This document shows positions 9,076 through 17,797 of a stretch of 35,910 bases of DNA, one piece after another. The stretch lies in assembly GCA_016930515.1 (NCBI GenBank), contig JAFGGO010000186.1, positions 1 through 35,910 of the forward strand, in the 5' to 3' direction. The DNA comes from Promethearchaeota archaeon (lineage in GTDB: Archaea; Asgardarchaeota; Lokiarchaeia; Sigyniarchaeales; SOKP01). Each line of letters begins with the position of its first letter. Positions within the stretch are counted from its first letter, which is position 1. Below the pieces are notes generated by a model. It ran no database searches and had not been told where the DNA came from. It worked only from the letters and a program-made list of their open reading frames with translations. The position numbers were made by a program, and so were the translations under genes.

Positions 9076-9618
9076 TTAGAAATTGATTTTGATCTTTGTA
9101 TTTTTTTTTCCTTCCCAAGATTTTTCTAGGAAACTCGAACCAACTGTTTTTTTGTCCGTACAAATTTCAAAAAATCTTTCGTTCCACCCCTTTATTAAAT
9201 AGTAGTAGTTTTCAAAATCGGGTTCTGAATCCGTATATGTTATAACAATCTCGTTGTCTGAAACGAAATTATAATCCATTTGGCTAAAGTTGAAAATCAT
9301 ATTATGAAAGCGTTTATATCTTTCCATTGCCAATTTAACATTTCCCTCAGCAACTATCTGTTTATAAAGGCTTTTCATCATTCCATCACAGAACTGTTTT
9401 CCCCATTTTACAACTATTTCTTTTTTACCTCTTGCTACCACATTAACAATGGCGTTCAAACCCTCTTTATAAGCCGCCAGAGGATACCATGCTGAACTTA
9501 ATATCCTTTGTTGTAAAAATTTTTTTGTTTCATCGGAAAGATTATCATAAGCTCCAGTCTTATTTGCTTTTATTACCTTGACAACTTCTTTAAACATTGA
9601 CCCTTTTACTTGTTTCAT
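9076..9618 (-). CDS. V4R/H-NOX-like small ligand-binding protein (DUF2378-like)
   Basis: VKGSMF...ILSSAWYP...WGKQF...YYLIKGWNERFFEI pattern of H-NOX/V4R-fold proteins. Divergent from the acyl-CoA ligase. GGGAG upstream of the ATG. Confidence 0.55.
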   Translation of the reverse strand: MKQVKGSMFKEVVKVIKANKTGAYDNLSDETKKFLQQRILSSAWYPLAAYKEGLNAIVNVVARGKKEIVVKWGKQFCDGMMKSLYKQIVAEGNVKLAMERYKRFHNMIFNFSQMDYNFVSDNEIVITYTDSEPDFENYYYLIKGWNERFFEICTDKKTVGSSFLEKSWEGKKNTKIKINF

Positions 9619-9676
9619 TCGACTCTATCTCCCTAATTTTTAAAAGAATTACCGTAAACCATTTAATTTATATTTG

Positions 9677-9778
9677 AAAAACTATAAATATATGAACATC
9701 ATTCATTTATACAAACTTAAGTAAATGATTTGTTGTTCATTTATACCAATCTAAGTATATGAATGGTAGTTCATTTAT
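9677..9778. promoter_or_regulatory. Three phased 34-bp units, each with an ATGA(A/T)-N5/6-TTCAT palindrome followed by TTAT; candidate TetR-family operator array
   Basis: TTCATTTAT occurs at 9702, 9736 and 9770 (exact 34-bp period). Units 2 and 3 are 27/34 identical. Confidence 0.7.
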
Positions 9779-10006
9779 TTAAAGATTGACTTATCAATAA
9801 AAAAGCTTAAGAACGATGAAACTTCATAGAAGCAATATTGAATGCGTATCTCGTTATAAAAACATTGAATTACCCAACACATCTAAAACCTATATTCAGT
9901 ACTACTATTCTAATACACTCTTAAATCTATATTCGAGATACGATTGAATTTACATATAAATCTAATAAATGAATATAATTTAAAAAAAATGAGGTAATGA
10001 AATAAC

Positions 10007-11794
10007 ATGAAAGAAGAATGGTTCAAACACCCAACGAATCTTGTCGATCTTCTTGAAGATTCTGTGAAAAAATTTGGAAAACGTAACTACTTTGGCACAA
10101 AAAATCCCAACGGTGATTACGAGTGGGTCACCTACGAACAGGTAGGTGCTCGCGTTGATAATCTCCGTGGAGGTTTAGCAAAGATTGGTTTGAAAAAGGG
10201 TGATACTGTAGGAGTTATAATAGATAATAGCGTGGAATGGGCGGTTATCGCATTTGCTACATATGGCATAAACGCTCGATTTGTTCCAATGTATGAAAAA
10301 GAATTAACAAAAGTTTGGCAATACATCGTTAAAGATAGCGGATTGCGATTCTTGTTTGTAGCGGATAATGAGATTTATGAGAAAATAAAAGGATTTAAGG
10401 AAGAAATAGGCACATTAGAAAAGATCTTCCTTATTCGAGGCGAAGGAGAAAGTAGCATGGCAGCTTTGGAAAAATTAGGAGAACAAAATCCAATTCCTTC
10501 GGTGAAACCCCATTGGAGCGATATTGCTGCAATCATTTATACTTCGGGAACCACGGGAGATCCAAAGGGAGTGCTCTTGAGTCACGGGAATTTCACATCC
10601 AATTTCCTATCCTCATATAAATTATTCCCAAATTTTGACGAAAACGATGTTACCTTCGGGATTTTGCCCTGGGCACACGTATTCGGTCAAACATCAGAAT
10701 TGTACTTGAATACGTATCGAGGCATGTCGTGTGGTTTGATGGATACTACCTTAACTTTAATGGAAGACATTGTAAAAGTGAAACCGACAGTATTAATGTC
10801 AGTTCCGAGAGTCTTTAATAACATCTACAACGGCATTCATTTAAAAATGAAGGCTGCGGGTCCTGCCGTGGAAGGTGCGTTTAATAAGGCAAAAGAAACT
10901 GCCAGGATATTAAGAGAAGGAGGAACTGTATCCGAGGAAGATAAAAAAGCAATGGAAGGCATGTTTCAAAACTTGCGCGGAATGTTCGGAGGTCGGCTTA
11001 GATTATCGTCGACGGGAGGTGCCACCATGAATCAGGAAATCGCACAATTTTTCATAGACCTTGGAATTCCTACTTACGATGGATACGGAATGACTGAAAC
11101 TTCTCCTGGTATCACGGCGAATTATCCCTCAGCAAATAAATTAGGTACAGTCGGACGGCCCTACGAAAATGTCACTGTTATCATTGACAAGTCACTCGTA
11201 GGCGAGGATAGCCAAGACGGCGAGATCATCTGTTATGGTCCAGGTGTGATGCAAGGATATCATAACAAGCCAAAAGAAACCGCAGAAGCCATGGTAGAAG
11301 ACCCGGTGTTAGGAAAGGGCGTTCGAACGGGTGATAGAGGATGGATCGATGAGGAAGGATTTTTACACATTACGGGCAGGTTTAAAGAGGAATACAAGCT
11401 CGAAAACGGAAAGTACGTACACCCCGCTTCCATCGAAGAAGCAATCAAGTTAAGCCCGCTCATAGCGAACGTGATGATCTATGGAGACGGTAAGCCTTTT
11501 AATGTCGGCCTCGTGGTTCCAGATCCCGTGATGTTGCCAATATTTGCTAATAAAATAGGAATCACTGAAAAGGATCTTTCAAAGCTGGTGGGAGATCCAA
11601 ATATTCAAAAACTCCTTGAAAATACAATCATGAACCAGTTGAAAGATGGTTTTGGAGGATATGAGATTCCTAAGAAACTCGTATTTACAGCAGAGGACTT
11701 TACTGTTGAAAATGGACTTCTCACGCAAACGATGAAATTAAAACGAAGAAATGTTCTCCAGAAATACGGGGATAAATTGAATGCTCTTTTTTAA
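10007..11794 (+). CDS. fadD: Long-chain fatty acid-CoA ligase (AMP-forming)
   Basis: IIYTSGTTGDPKG, LPWAHVF, SVPRVF, GYGMTETSP, RTGDRG, ITGRFKE, and FTVENGLLTQTMKLKR (C-terminus typical of long-chain ligases). GAGGT SD. Confidence 0.92.
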   Translation: MKEEWFKHPTNLVDLLEDSVKKFGKRNYFGTKNPNGDYEWVTYEQVGARVDNLRGGLAKIGLKKGDTVGVIIDNSVEWAVIAFATYGINARFVPMYEKELTKVWQYIVKDSGLRFLFVADNEIYEKIKGFKEEIGTLEKIFLIRGEGESSMAALEKLGEQNPIPSVKPHWSDIAAIIYTSGTTGDPKGVLLSHGNFTSNFLSSYKLFPNFDENDVTFGILPWAHVFGQTSELYLNTYRGMSCGLMDTTLTLMEDIVKVKPTVLMSVPRVFNNIYNGIHLKMKAAGPAVEGAFNKAKETARILREGGTVSEEDKKAMEGMFQNLRGMFGGRLRLSSTGGATMNQEIAQFFIDLGIPTYDGYGMTETSPGITANYPSANKLGTVGRPYENVTVIIDKSLVGEDSQDGEIICYGPGVMQGYHNKPKETAEAMVEDPVLGKGVRTGDRGWIDEEGFLHITGRFKEEYKLENGKYVHPASIEEAIKLSPLIANVMIYGDGKPFNVGLVVPDPVMLPIFANKIGITEKDLSKLVGDPNIQKLLENTIMNQLKDGFGGYEIPKKLVFTAEDFTVENGLLTQTMKLKRRNVLQKYGDKLNALF

Positions 11795-11845
11795 ATAATC
11801 CTTTTTTTTATATATTTTTAACATTAATTAAAATGGTGATATATT

Positions 11846-13174
11846 ATAGAATCGAAACAAAAAGGTTTAATATTTAAGATCCAAAGAACTGCTACTGACG
11901 ATGGCCCAGGCGTTCGCACGACGATCTTTTTTAATAAATGTCCTCTACATTGTGCATGGTGTGCTAATCCAGAATCAATTCCGAAAACACCTCAGTTACA
12001 ATGGTTGGATCATAAATGCATTGCTTGCAAGAGTTGTATCGATGCTTGCACTCAAGGAGCTTTGTTTTTTGAAGATGATGGCTTGCACATAATAAGGGAA
12101 AAATGCAATAGTTGTGGTGATTGCGAAGAAGCTTGCCCGAGTACGGCATTAACCTTAGTAGGCAAGTGGTGGAGCTCAGAAGATCTCTTTCACGATGTTG
12201 AGAAGGAAAAGATTTTTTTTGATAAGACGAAAGGAGGTATTACCGTTTCTGGGGGCGAACCCACCTTACAATCCGAATTTTTACTGGACTTTTTAAAATT
12301 GTGCAAGGAAAACGGCATTTCTACTGCACTAGACACTTGTGGATACGCTAGCCAACAAATCTATGAAAAATTAATGCCGTATGTTGACATTGTTCTCTTA
12401 GATTTAAAAGTGTTTGATTCTGATAAACACGAACAATTTACGGGCGTCCCTAATCAAACTATTTTGCGAAACGCAGAATGGATTTCGGATTACGTGAATC
12501 AACACGGAAAAAAGATATGGATTAGAACGCCCTTAATACCGAATTATACCGCCACGGACGATAATGTAAGAAAGATTGGAGAATTTATCGTCAATAATTT
12601 AAAAAACATACCAGAACAATGGGATTTACTAAGCTTTAATAAAATGTGTGAAGCTTCGTATTTTAGATTAGGTATATCGTGGATTCTTAAAGACGAACCA
12701 TTAATGACGAAAGAACAAATGGAACATTTTCAGGAAGTTGCCCAGAGCACTGGAGCTAAAAATGTAAAATGGTCTGGTTTAACTAAAAAAGAAGGAACGT
12801 CTCTAGATGAGGTAGAAAAAGAGGAAAAAAGATTATCCGCACAAGACGCTTTCGATCACATGGCAAAGGTGTTTAAAAAGGACGAGGCTTTAAAGTTGGA
12901 AGAAAAAGTCGTCATGCAATACAATGTTAGCGGCCCGGGAGGAGGCACCTGGCAACTTGTCCTCGAAAACGGGGAATATAAGATATCCAAAGGGGAATCA
13001 ATCAAGGAAGTCTCCTGTACGATGAGTTACGACAGTTTAGAGAGTTTCGTGGGGCTCAGGAATGGGACACTTGAGCCCATACAAGCCTTCATGTCAGGCA
13101 AGGTGAAATTCTCCGGAAATCAGGCAATTATTCAAGAAATAGGCAAGATTTTTCCACTTGGTAAGGGAAATTAA
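11846..13174 (+). CDS. Glycyl-radical enzyme activating enzyme (radical SAM, with ferredoxin insert) fused to a C-terminal SCP2 lipid-binding domain; 442 aa from a non-canonical ATA start
   Basis: The frame upstream of the track's start (12005) reads ESKQKGLIFKIQRTATDDGPGVRTTIFFNKCPLHCAWCANPES (CxxxCxxC). Two CxxCxxCxxxC motifs, GGITVSGGEP and LDTCG follow. From about 12833, MQYNVSGPGGGTWQL...GTLEPIQAFMSGKVKFSGN is SCP2. SD GGTGAT at 11835-11840. Confidence 0.9.
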   Translation: MESKQKGLIFKIQRTATDDGPGVRTTIFFNKCPLHCAWCANPESIPKTPQLQWLDHKCIACKSCIDACTQGALFFEDDGLHIIREKCNSCGDCEEACPSTALTLVGKWWSSEDLFHDVEKEKIFFDKTKGGITVSGGEPTLQSEFLLDFLKLCKENGISTALDTCGYASQQIYEKLMPYVDIVLLDLKVFDSDKHEQFTGVPNQTILRNAEWISDYVNQHGKKIWIRTPLIPNYTATDDNVRKIGEFIVNNLKNIPEQWDLLSFNKMCEASYFRLGISWILKDEPLMTKEQMEHFQEVAQSTGAKNVKWSGLTKKEGTSLDEVEKEEKRLSAQDAFDHMAKVFKKDEALKLEEKVVMQYNVSGPGGGTWQLVLENGEYKISKGESIKEVSCTMSYDSLESFVGLRNGTLEPIQAFMSGKVKFSGNQAIIQEIGKIFPLGKGN

Positions 13175-13180
13175 TAATTC

Positions 13181-13196
13181 TTTTCTTTTTTTTCTT
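13181..13196 (+). terminator. Oligo-T terminator after the activase gene
   Basis: TTTTCTTTTTTTTCTT directly after the stop codon, in a convergent intergenic region. Confidence 0.45.
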
Positions 13197-13435
13197 AATT
13201 TTTAAGCTTATCTGAGAATATTTAATAAAAATATTTGTGTTTGTAAATTAGTCGTAATATTTTATAGATGTTGTCTCTATAATCAAGGCGTCAATAGTAT
13301 AATTTATAATGTTTTCCTGATTGATTTTTTCTATATCAAACATATTCTATTTTCTAAAATAATATATAATAAAGTTAAAAAATAAAGATTAAAAAAAAAG
13401 AGTATATTTCCCGTTTTAAGGAAAAAAATACTCAC

Positions 13436-15898
13436 TTATATTTTATTAAATTCCGTTCGAGCAATGATATCGTCTTGAAGTTCTTTTCGAAGGTCAATGA
13501 AACGAGCAGAATACCCCGAAACCTTTACTGAGAGATCGGGATATTTTTCAGGATGAGCTTGGGCATCCTTTAAGGTTTCCGTGCCTACGGGGTTTATCTG
13601 AAGATTTCTACCACCTAACTCAAAAAAGGCTTCAACCATCGAAGCCATCTGATCTAATCCTTCTTCGGTTGATATCGTGCTAGGAGAGATTCTAACATTA
13701 AACGTGACTCCATTTGTCAAAAGAGCGTCCTTAGTGGCGTACGCCGCTGAACGGAAAGTCATTGTAAGACCGTTTTTTTCCGTTCCATTGACCGGAGAGG
13801 TTCCATTTGCCACGGGCTCACCATATACCCTTCCATCTGGCGTTGCACCTAACATTTTTCCTTCCATTGTATGCGTTCCAGAAGATACGCAACAAGGGTG
13901 ATAAATTCCATCACCGCCTCTTGCCTTGTATTGTCTCGTGATATCACACACTGTTTCTGCAACCCATTTTGCAAGCGCGTCAACCTTTTCATCGCCATTA
14001 CCGTATTTAGGTGCCTTGTTTTTAAGCATTTCTCGGATTTTTTCAGCGCCCTTAAAATTATTGCGAAGATGATTAACCAGTTCCCCCATTGTAAGTATTT
14101 TCTCTTCGAAGACTGCCCATTGTATCGCTGCTAAGGAATTGGCCACCGTAGCGATGCCTTGTGTACCCATTGGATTGTTGTTATAAATCGCTCCATTTCG
14201 AGTGCAGTCCAATCCTTTCTCTAAACAACCTTCAATGGTAGAAGAAAGCAGCGGTGACGGAAAGTAATCCGCAAACGCTTTATCCTTGAGTTCTGCTTTC
14301 TTCACGGTCAAATCTATCGCGTATTTCAATTGTTCTACAAAGGCATTCTTCACGTCCTCAAGAGAGGTAAAAGTGCTTGGATCGGGAGTTTTAAGGCCGA
14401 TAGATTTCCCTTTTGACATGAGGGTTCTTCCTTCATTTAGCGCCGTCATGAAAACAACTGAGAGCCAGATACCATTTCCTGCCGTATAAGAGAAGTCGTT
14501 TCCAGTACCATGAGGTTCCACGCATCCAACGATCGAATAATTCCTGGCATCTTCTAACGAATATCCCGTTTTATGAAGCTGCGGAATTAATATCTCGTCG
14601 TTATGGAACGCCATTCCCGAGGTATGTCTGAACGCTTCAACTGCTCTTTTAACGAAATCATGGGATGATTTTGAAGATATTCGTATGGATATGGTATTTA
14701 ACAAGCTTTTCACGTTTGATACTGCTTCTAAAAACAAGTAGGACACCTCGTTCGTTGCGTCCATCCCTTGTTTATCCACACCACCTATGGTCACATTGTT
14801 TTGTCCCGCAATGACGACGGTTGAGAGTTTCACCAAATACTCTTCAATTGCCTCGACTGCTTCTGCGTGAGTTAAACGCCCTTCTGCGATATCAGCCCGG
14901 TAGAAGGGAATGAGATATTGGTCCACGCGTCCTTGAGAGAAGATATTACCCTCACCATAGCTCATTTCCATCACGACATTAGTCATCCAAATCGCTTGAA
15001 TTGCTTCCATAAAGGTTCGTGGAGGAAGCGCTGGCACTCTCCTGGCGCGTTGGGCAATATCAATGAGATCCGACCTTCTTTCTTCTGATGCGGTCTTTGA
15101 CATTTCCATTGCCAAGTCTGCGTAGCGATTTGAATAATCGCAAACAGCTTTTGCGGTAATCTGAGCGGATTCAAGAAAATCCTTCCTGTATTCATAGTTC
15201 TCGTCGGTCTCCTTGAGTTTTGAAAGCTGTTCTACGGCCATCTTTTCAATACCCTTGAATCCCATTTGCAAGACACGCGGATATCCTGGAATTGTATGTC
15301 CTTGCATTCCCGCAAATGCTATAGAATTGGATCCCCCTACGGAGAACATGGGAATTTCAGGCACATCATCGTCTTTTTCGTCGATTAATCCTGCTTGTTT
15401 AAAATATTCGTTTTTTCTGGCATCTAAAGTCTTTCCCTTCCAGAAAGGAACGATTTCCTCTTTCATTTCCCTGAGTTCTTCTTCTGAAAGCGGTTTGTAC
15501 CTATCAAAAAGAGAATACATGGTGCGGAAGTACGCCTTGAGCTTTGGATCGATAGTATCATCAAGGAGAAAACCAAATACTCCGACTTTTCTTCCTTGTT
15601 CAATTTCCATGGGATCCGCTCTCACTCGACTCGATTTCTTACCCACGAGTAACTCGGCATCATCGATTCTGATAGGGATGCATCGCAAATATTCCTCCAA
15701 CGATTTAGCTTTTTTCATGCCGGGAGGTGCGTTTTCCATCTGCTTGTATATTCTGGTATAGCATCGTGCTCGTTCAAGATCGTACTCGAAAGGATGAGAT
15801 AGCATCTCGTCTCTAATCTTTCCAACCCTCTCAGAGGGGTTTCCTCGAAGAGGGGCTGCATTAAAATTTTGAACTACCATATGATAATAAACGACCAT
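13436..15898 (-). CDS. Glycyl radical enzyme, PFL2/eliminase-like, substrate unknown
   Basis: Cys loop YSIVGCVEPHG (C459) and Gly loop LSVKVSGYSARF (G795), plus SQGRVDQYL, APKYGN, GATPDGR and LQDDIIART. The true start may be the second ATG at 15880. Confidence 0.92.
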   Translation of the reverse strand: MVVYYHMVVQNFNAAPLRGNPSERVGKIRDEMLSHPFEYDLERARCYTRIYKQMENAPPGMKKAKSLEEYLRCIPIRIDDAELLVGKKSSRVRADPMEIEQGRKVGVFGFLLDDTIDPKLKAYFRTMYSLFDRYKPLSEEELREMKEEIVPFWKGKTLDARKNEYFKQAGLIDEKDDDVPEIPMFSVGGSNSIAFAGMQGHTIPGYPRVLQMGFKGIEKMAVEQLSKLKETDENYEYRKDFLESAQITAKAVCDYSNRYADLAMEMSKTASEERRSDLIDIAQRARRVPALPPRTFMEAIQAIWMTNVVMEMSYGEGNIFSQGRVDQYLIPFYRADIAEGRLTHAEAVEAIEEYLVKLSTVVIAGQNNVTIGGVDKQGMDATNEVSYLFLEAVSNVKSLLNTISIRISSKSSHDFVKRAVEAFRHTSGMAFHNDEILIPQLHKTGYSLEDARNYSIVGCVEPHGTGNDFSYTAGNGIWLSVVFMTALNEGRTLMSKGKSIGLKTPDPSTFTSLEDVKNAFVEQLKYAIDLTVKKAELKDKAFADYFPSPLLSSTIEGCLEKGLDCTRNGAIYNNNPMGTQGIATVANSLAAIQWAVFEEKILTMGELVNHLRNNFKGAEKIREMLKNKAPKYGNGDEKVDALAKWVAETVCDITRQYKARGGDGIYHPCCVSSGTHTMEGKMLGATPDGRVYGEPVANGTSPVNGTEKNGLTMTFRSAAYATKDALLTNGVTFNVRISPSTISTEEGLDQMASMVEAFFELGGRNLQINPVGTETLKDAQAHPEKYPDLSVKVSGYSARFIDLRKELQDDIIARTEFNKI

Positions 15899-16086
15899 CG
15901 TACATTTAAATTTTTGCTTCTTGTTTCATAAGTATTTTAATAATTCTTCTACCATTTCATATTTCTTATATTTTTAAAGGAAGAAGAAAAATTGAAAAAA
16001 GGAAGGAAACACGAATTTTCGACATTTTTAGTATATTCACATAATAATAAAAATAAGAAAAGATATGGAAAATTCAAACCTTACTT

Positions 16087-17769
16087 TTAAACGCTTTTAT
16101 CCAAAGAACGAGGGGGATTAACGCACCATATAGAATGTCCTTCTTCTATTTTGATCTCATGGGGCATTTCTATTTCGCATTCTTTTGTACGCGCATCTGA
16201 AGAGCAACGTGGATTAAAAGCGCACCCTGACGGAGGATTTAAAGGACTGGGAATTTCTCCTTTAATCACATACTTTATTTCTTGGTCGTTCGGATCAATT
16301 TCTGAGCGCGAAGTAAAGAGTGCAATACTATAAGGGTGAGATAGGTTATTAAAGACTTGCTCTGTACTTCCAATTTCTACGAACTTGCCAAGATACATGA
16401 CTGCCACGCGATCTGCGATGTGATTCACAACGGCTAAATTATGAGTGATAAATAAAAATCCATACCCAAATTCCGCTTGTAAATCTTTTAGAAGATTGAG
16501 AATTTGTGCTTGAACGGAAACATCGAGCGCAGATGTGGGCTCGTCTAGAATGATTAAATCGGGATTACAAGCCAACGCTCTTGCTATGACTATTCTCTGC
16601 TTTTGACCACCAGAAAATTCGTGTGCATATCGATCCAGATGTTCGCGCTTCAAAGAGACTTTATCCAACAATCTTAACACGTACTTTCTTATTTCTGCTG
16701 TATTCGTGATACCAAGAAGATTTTTTAGTGGTTCGCCAATAATGTCAACTATTTTCATACGAGGATTCAACGAGGCGTCTGGATCTTGAAATACCATCTG
16801 AATTTTTTGTCTTAAATCACTCGGATATTCTTGAGGAACAGGATCACCCTTGAATAAGATTCCACCGCTTGTTTTTTCTATTAATCCTAAAATGGATTTA
16901 GCGATGGTAGTTTTTCCACATCCGCTTTCTCCTACCAATCCAACCGTTTCTCCCGTTCGAACGCTAAAAGATACGCCGTTTACTGCTTTTATAGCGCCAA
17001 CTTGTCTTTTTAGAACTCCTTTAAAGAGGGGATAATGGATGTGAAGATCTCTTACTTCAAGCAAGGTTTTACCTTTCTCGTGAACGGTTAAATCTCTTAA
17101 TTCTTGGAATTTTATTGTTTTATAAAAAATTTGTTTGATCAATTTTATGGAAACAATCGCAATAATTAAGCTAGTGATGGTATAAAGAAAAACATCATTC
17201 TCGAAAGATTTAGGGTTATAAATAAAAAGATACAATAACACCAAAATCGCTGGGGAAATACTGCTGAATGCGAATGTTCTTCTGAATTTAATTAATTGAA
17301 CTTTATCGCCCCAGTATACTAAAAAAACCGAAAGTCCTAAAAGAAAAATAAATGCAGCAAGAAATTGAAGCTTTATAATGTTTAAATCCGCATCTTCCGT
17401 AATCATTAATATGCTAAAAAGGCCCTGAATTGCGCTTAGAAATAACCAAATCACTAAAAGCACAACTTGGATCGAGCTAAAATACTTAAGCGAATCTAAC
17501 AGGTCTTGTTTGAAAATACTCCAAGAGATCGCAATGGCGGCAATTAAATTCAATGCACAAGGGATTACTTTAAAAAATAATTGGTCGCTAAAATTCAACA
17601 AAAGAATATATATCAAGATTGTATTTAAAAAAAACCATATGATATTGATTACTAACGAAATGACAAATGATCGTTCCCATTTCCTATAAACCAAGTATTT
17701 TTTCGTCATCACGAAACCAACAATGAATAAAATCGCGTTTACAATGATAATTTCAATTATATCAGTCAA
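16087..17769 (-). CDS. oppF: Opp/Dpp-type ABC ATPase (OppF-like) with an N-terminal multi-pass membrane domain
   Basis: GESGCGKT, QMVFQDP, FSGGQKQR, LIILDEPTSALD, FITH, and the C-terminal HPY/Cys motif (GCAFNPRC). The first ~215 aa are about 7 hydrophobic helices. TTG start with GGTGAT SD. Confidence 0.9.
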   Translation of the reverse strand: MTDIIEIIIVNAILFIVGFVMTKKYLVYRKWERSFVISLVINIIWFFLNTILIYILLLNFSDQLFFKVIPCALNLIAAIAISWSIFKQDLLDSLKYFSSIQVVLLVIWLFLSAIQGLFSILMITEDADLNIIKLQFLAAFIFLLGLSVFLVYWGDKVQLIKFRRTFAFSSISPAILVLLYLFIYNPKSFENDVFLYTITSLIIAIVSIKLIKQIFYKTIKFQELRDLTVHEKGKTLLEVRDLHIHYPLFKGVLKRQVGAIKAVNGVSFSVRTGETVGLVGESGCGKTTIAKSILGLIEKTSGGILFKGDPVPQEYPSDLRQKIQMVFQDPDASLNPRMKIVDIIGEPLKNLLGITNTAEIRKYVLRLLDKVSLKREHLDRYAHEFSGGQKQRIVIARALACNPDLIILDEPTSALDVSVQAQILNLLKDLQAEFGYGFLFITHNLAVVNHIADRVAVMYLGKFVEIGSTEQVFNNLSHPYSIALFTSRSEIDPNDQEIKYVIKGEIPSPLNPPSGCAFNPRCSSDARTKECEIEMPHEIKIEEGHSIWCVNPPRSLDKSV

Positions 17770-17797
17770 GATTACAGTATCACCTTTTATTTTGTTA

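Noticed and set aside
9677-9778. Mini CRISPR array
   Set aside because: The 34-bp units are contiguous with no spacers, no cas genes are present, and the promoter location fits operators.
9903-9918. Another TACTA-N6-TAGTA site
   Set aside because: The right half reads TACAC, so only one half-site matches.
12005-13174. ORF-track start at 12005 for the activase
   Set aside because: It omits the in-frame CxxxCxxC motif upstream.
13436-15898. Alkylsuccinate/benzylsuccinate synthase or pyruvate formate-lyase
   Set aside because: The Cys loop is GCVE rather than CMSP-type or CC, and no small accessory subunit genes are adjacent.
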